Positions 63,540 to 64,000 of a stretch of 64,000 nucleotides of DNA are shown piece after piece. The position numbers were made by a program, and so were the translations under genes. The stretch is taken from positions 166,217 to 230,216 of the forward strand of contig CAWCIU010000002.1 of assembly GCA_963795735.1 (NCBI GenBank). The letters are read 5' to 3'. Source of the DNA: an uncultured Acidobacteriota bacterium (GTDB taxonomy: Bacteria; Acidobacteriota; Thermoanaerobaculia; Multivoradales; UBA5704). The first letter of the stretch is position 1. The number at the start of each line of letters is the position of its first letter. The notes beneath the pieces are model-generated. The model had not been told where the DNA came from, searched no databases, and saw only the letters and a list, made by a program, of their open reading frames with translations.

Positions 63540-64000
63540 TAGTCCAGGCCGAGGTGGGTGATCTGCTCCTCGCCCATCAGGAAGCGCAGCGTGTTCTTCA
63601 GCTTCATGCCCTGGATGAACAGGTCGTGCTCCGGGTAGAGCTCGGGGAGCGTCATCGGGCTCTTGAAGTAGAAGGAGAGCCACTCCTGGATGCCGTGCAT
63701 GCCGGCGCGGCGGGCGAGATCGAGGAAGAGGGCGAGGTCGAGCACCAGCGGCGCGGCTAGGATGCTGTCACGGCAGAGGAAGTCGATCTTGATCTGCATC
63801 GGGTAGCCGAGCCAGCCGAAGATGTCGAGGTTGTCCCACCCTTCTTTGTTGTCCCCTCGGGGCGGGTAGTAGTTGATCCGCACCTGGTGGTGGAACCCCT
63901 CGTAGAGGTCCGGGTAGAGGTGGGGCTGGAGGATGTGCTCCAGCACCGAGAGCTTGCTGACCTCCTTGGTCTTGAAGTTGTCGGGATCGTCCAGCACCTC
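63524..64000 (-). CDS. myo-Inositol-1-phosphate synthase, C-terminal ~157 aa; the gene continues beyond the window end
   Basis: ...CRDSILAAPLVLDLALFLDLARRAGMHGIQEWLSFYFKSP... matches the conserved MIPS C-terminal region (compare yeast INO1 CEDSLLATPLIIDLLVMTEF...LSYWLKAP). Confidence 0.75.
   Translation of the reverse strand, partial: EVLDDPDNFKTKEVSKLSVLEHILQPHLYPDLYEGFHHQVRINYYPPRGDNKEGWDNLDIFGWLGYPMQIKIDFLCRDSILAAPLVLDLALFLDLARRAGMHGIQEWLSFYFKSPMTLPELYPEHDLFIQGMKLKNTLRFLMGEEQITHLGLDYYQED

Overview
High-GC (~67%) bacterial chromosomal window. The minus strand between 4.7 and 24.7 kb carries a complete, colinear str-S10-spc-alpha ribosomal superoperon: rpsL-rpsG-fusA-tuf-rpsJ-rplCDWB-rpsS-rplV-rpsC-rplP-rpmC-rpsQ-rplNXE-rpsZ-rpsH-rplFR-rpsE-rpmD-rplO-secY-adk-map-infA-rpmJ-rpsM-rpsK-rpsD-rpoA-rplQ. 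An M1 aminopeptidase, an MFS transporter and a partial amidohydrolase lie downstream of it. A roughly 7 kb island of clearly lower GC sits immediately upstream of rpsL (25.2-32.1 kb). It encodes a tightly coupled minus-strand operon: a TPR-CHAT caspase-like protease gene split by an IS630-family insertion, a 336-aa protein with a Gly-rich C-terminus, a C39-like papain-fold peptidase and a 189-aa unknown protein. I consider this the most likely novel system, a candidate protease-based conflict or defence module that the IS has inactivated. A second, 100% identical IS630 copy lies 19.4 kb away in the same orientation. The stretch between the two copies holds an ECF sigma and zinc-finger anti-sigma pair, an acyltransferase, kup, a POT peptide transporter, tyrA, a metB-like gene, a secreted PA-domain metalloprotease, ilvA and two tandem DUF4142 paralogs. 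Three perfect sigma-54 promoters (TGGCAC-N5-TTGCT) precede the YciE-like gene and both DUF4142 genes. Other features: a 13-unit 19-bp tandem repeat with a palindromic core, two GTAGGG...CCCTAC long inverted repeats, a Phd/ParE toxin-antitoxin pair, and a DUF1501/DUF1800 pair. The right end carries a 7-gene translationally coupled glycosylation-type operon (HD-like, CgeB-like glycosyltransferase, nucleotidyltransferase, GH-A-like hydrolase, LmbE deacetylase, GT4 glycosyltransferase, FemAB/GNAT-like acyltransferase) convergent with a partial myo-inositol-1-phosphate synthase gene. Many long ORFs in the supplied track are antisense shadows typical of high-GC DNA and were discarded. Several ORF starts were trimmed to the conserved N-termini.
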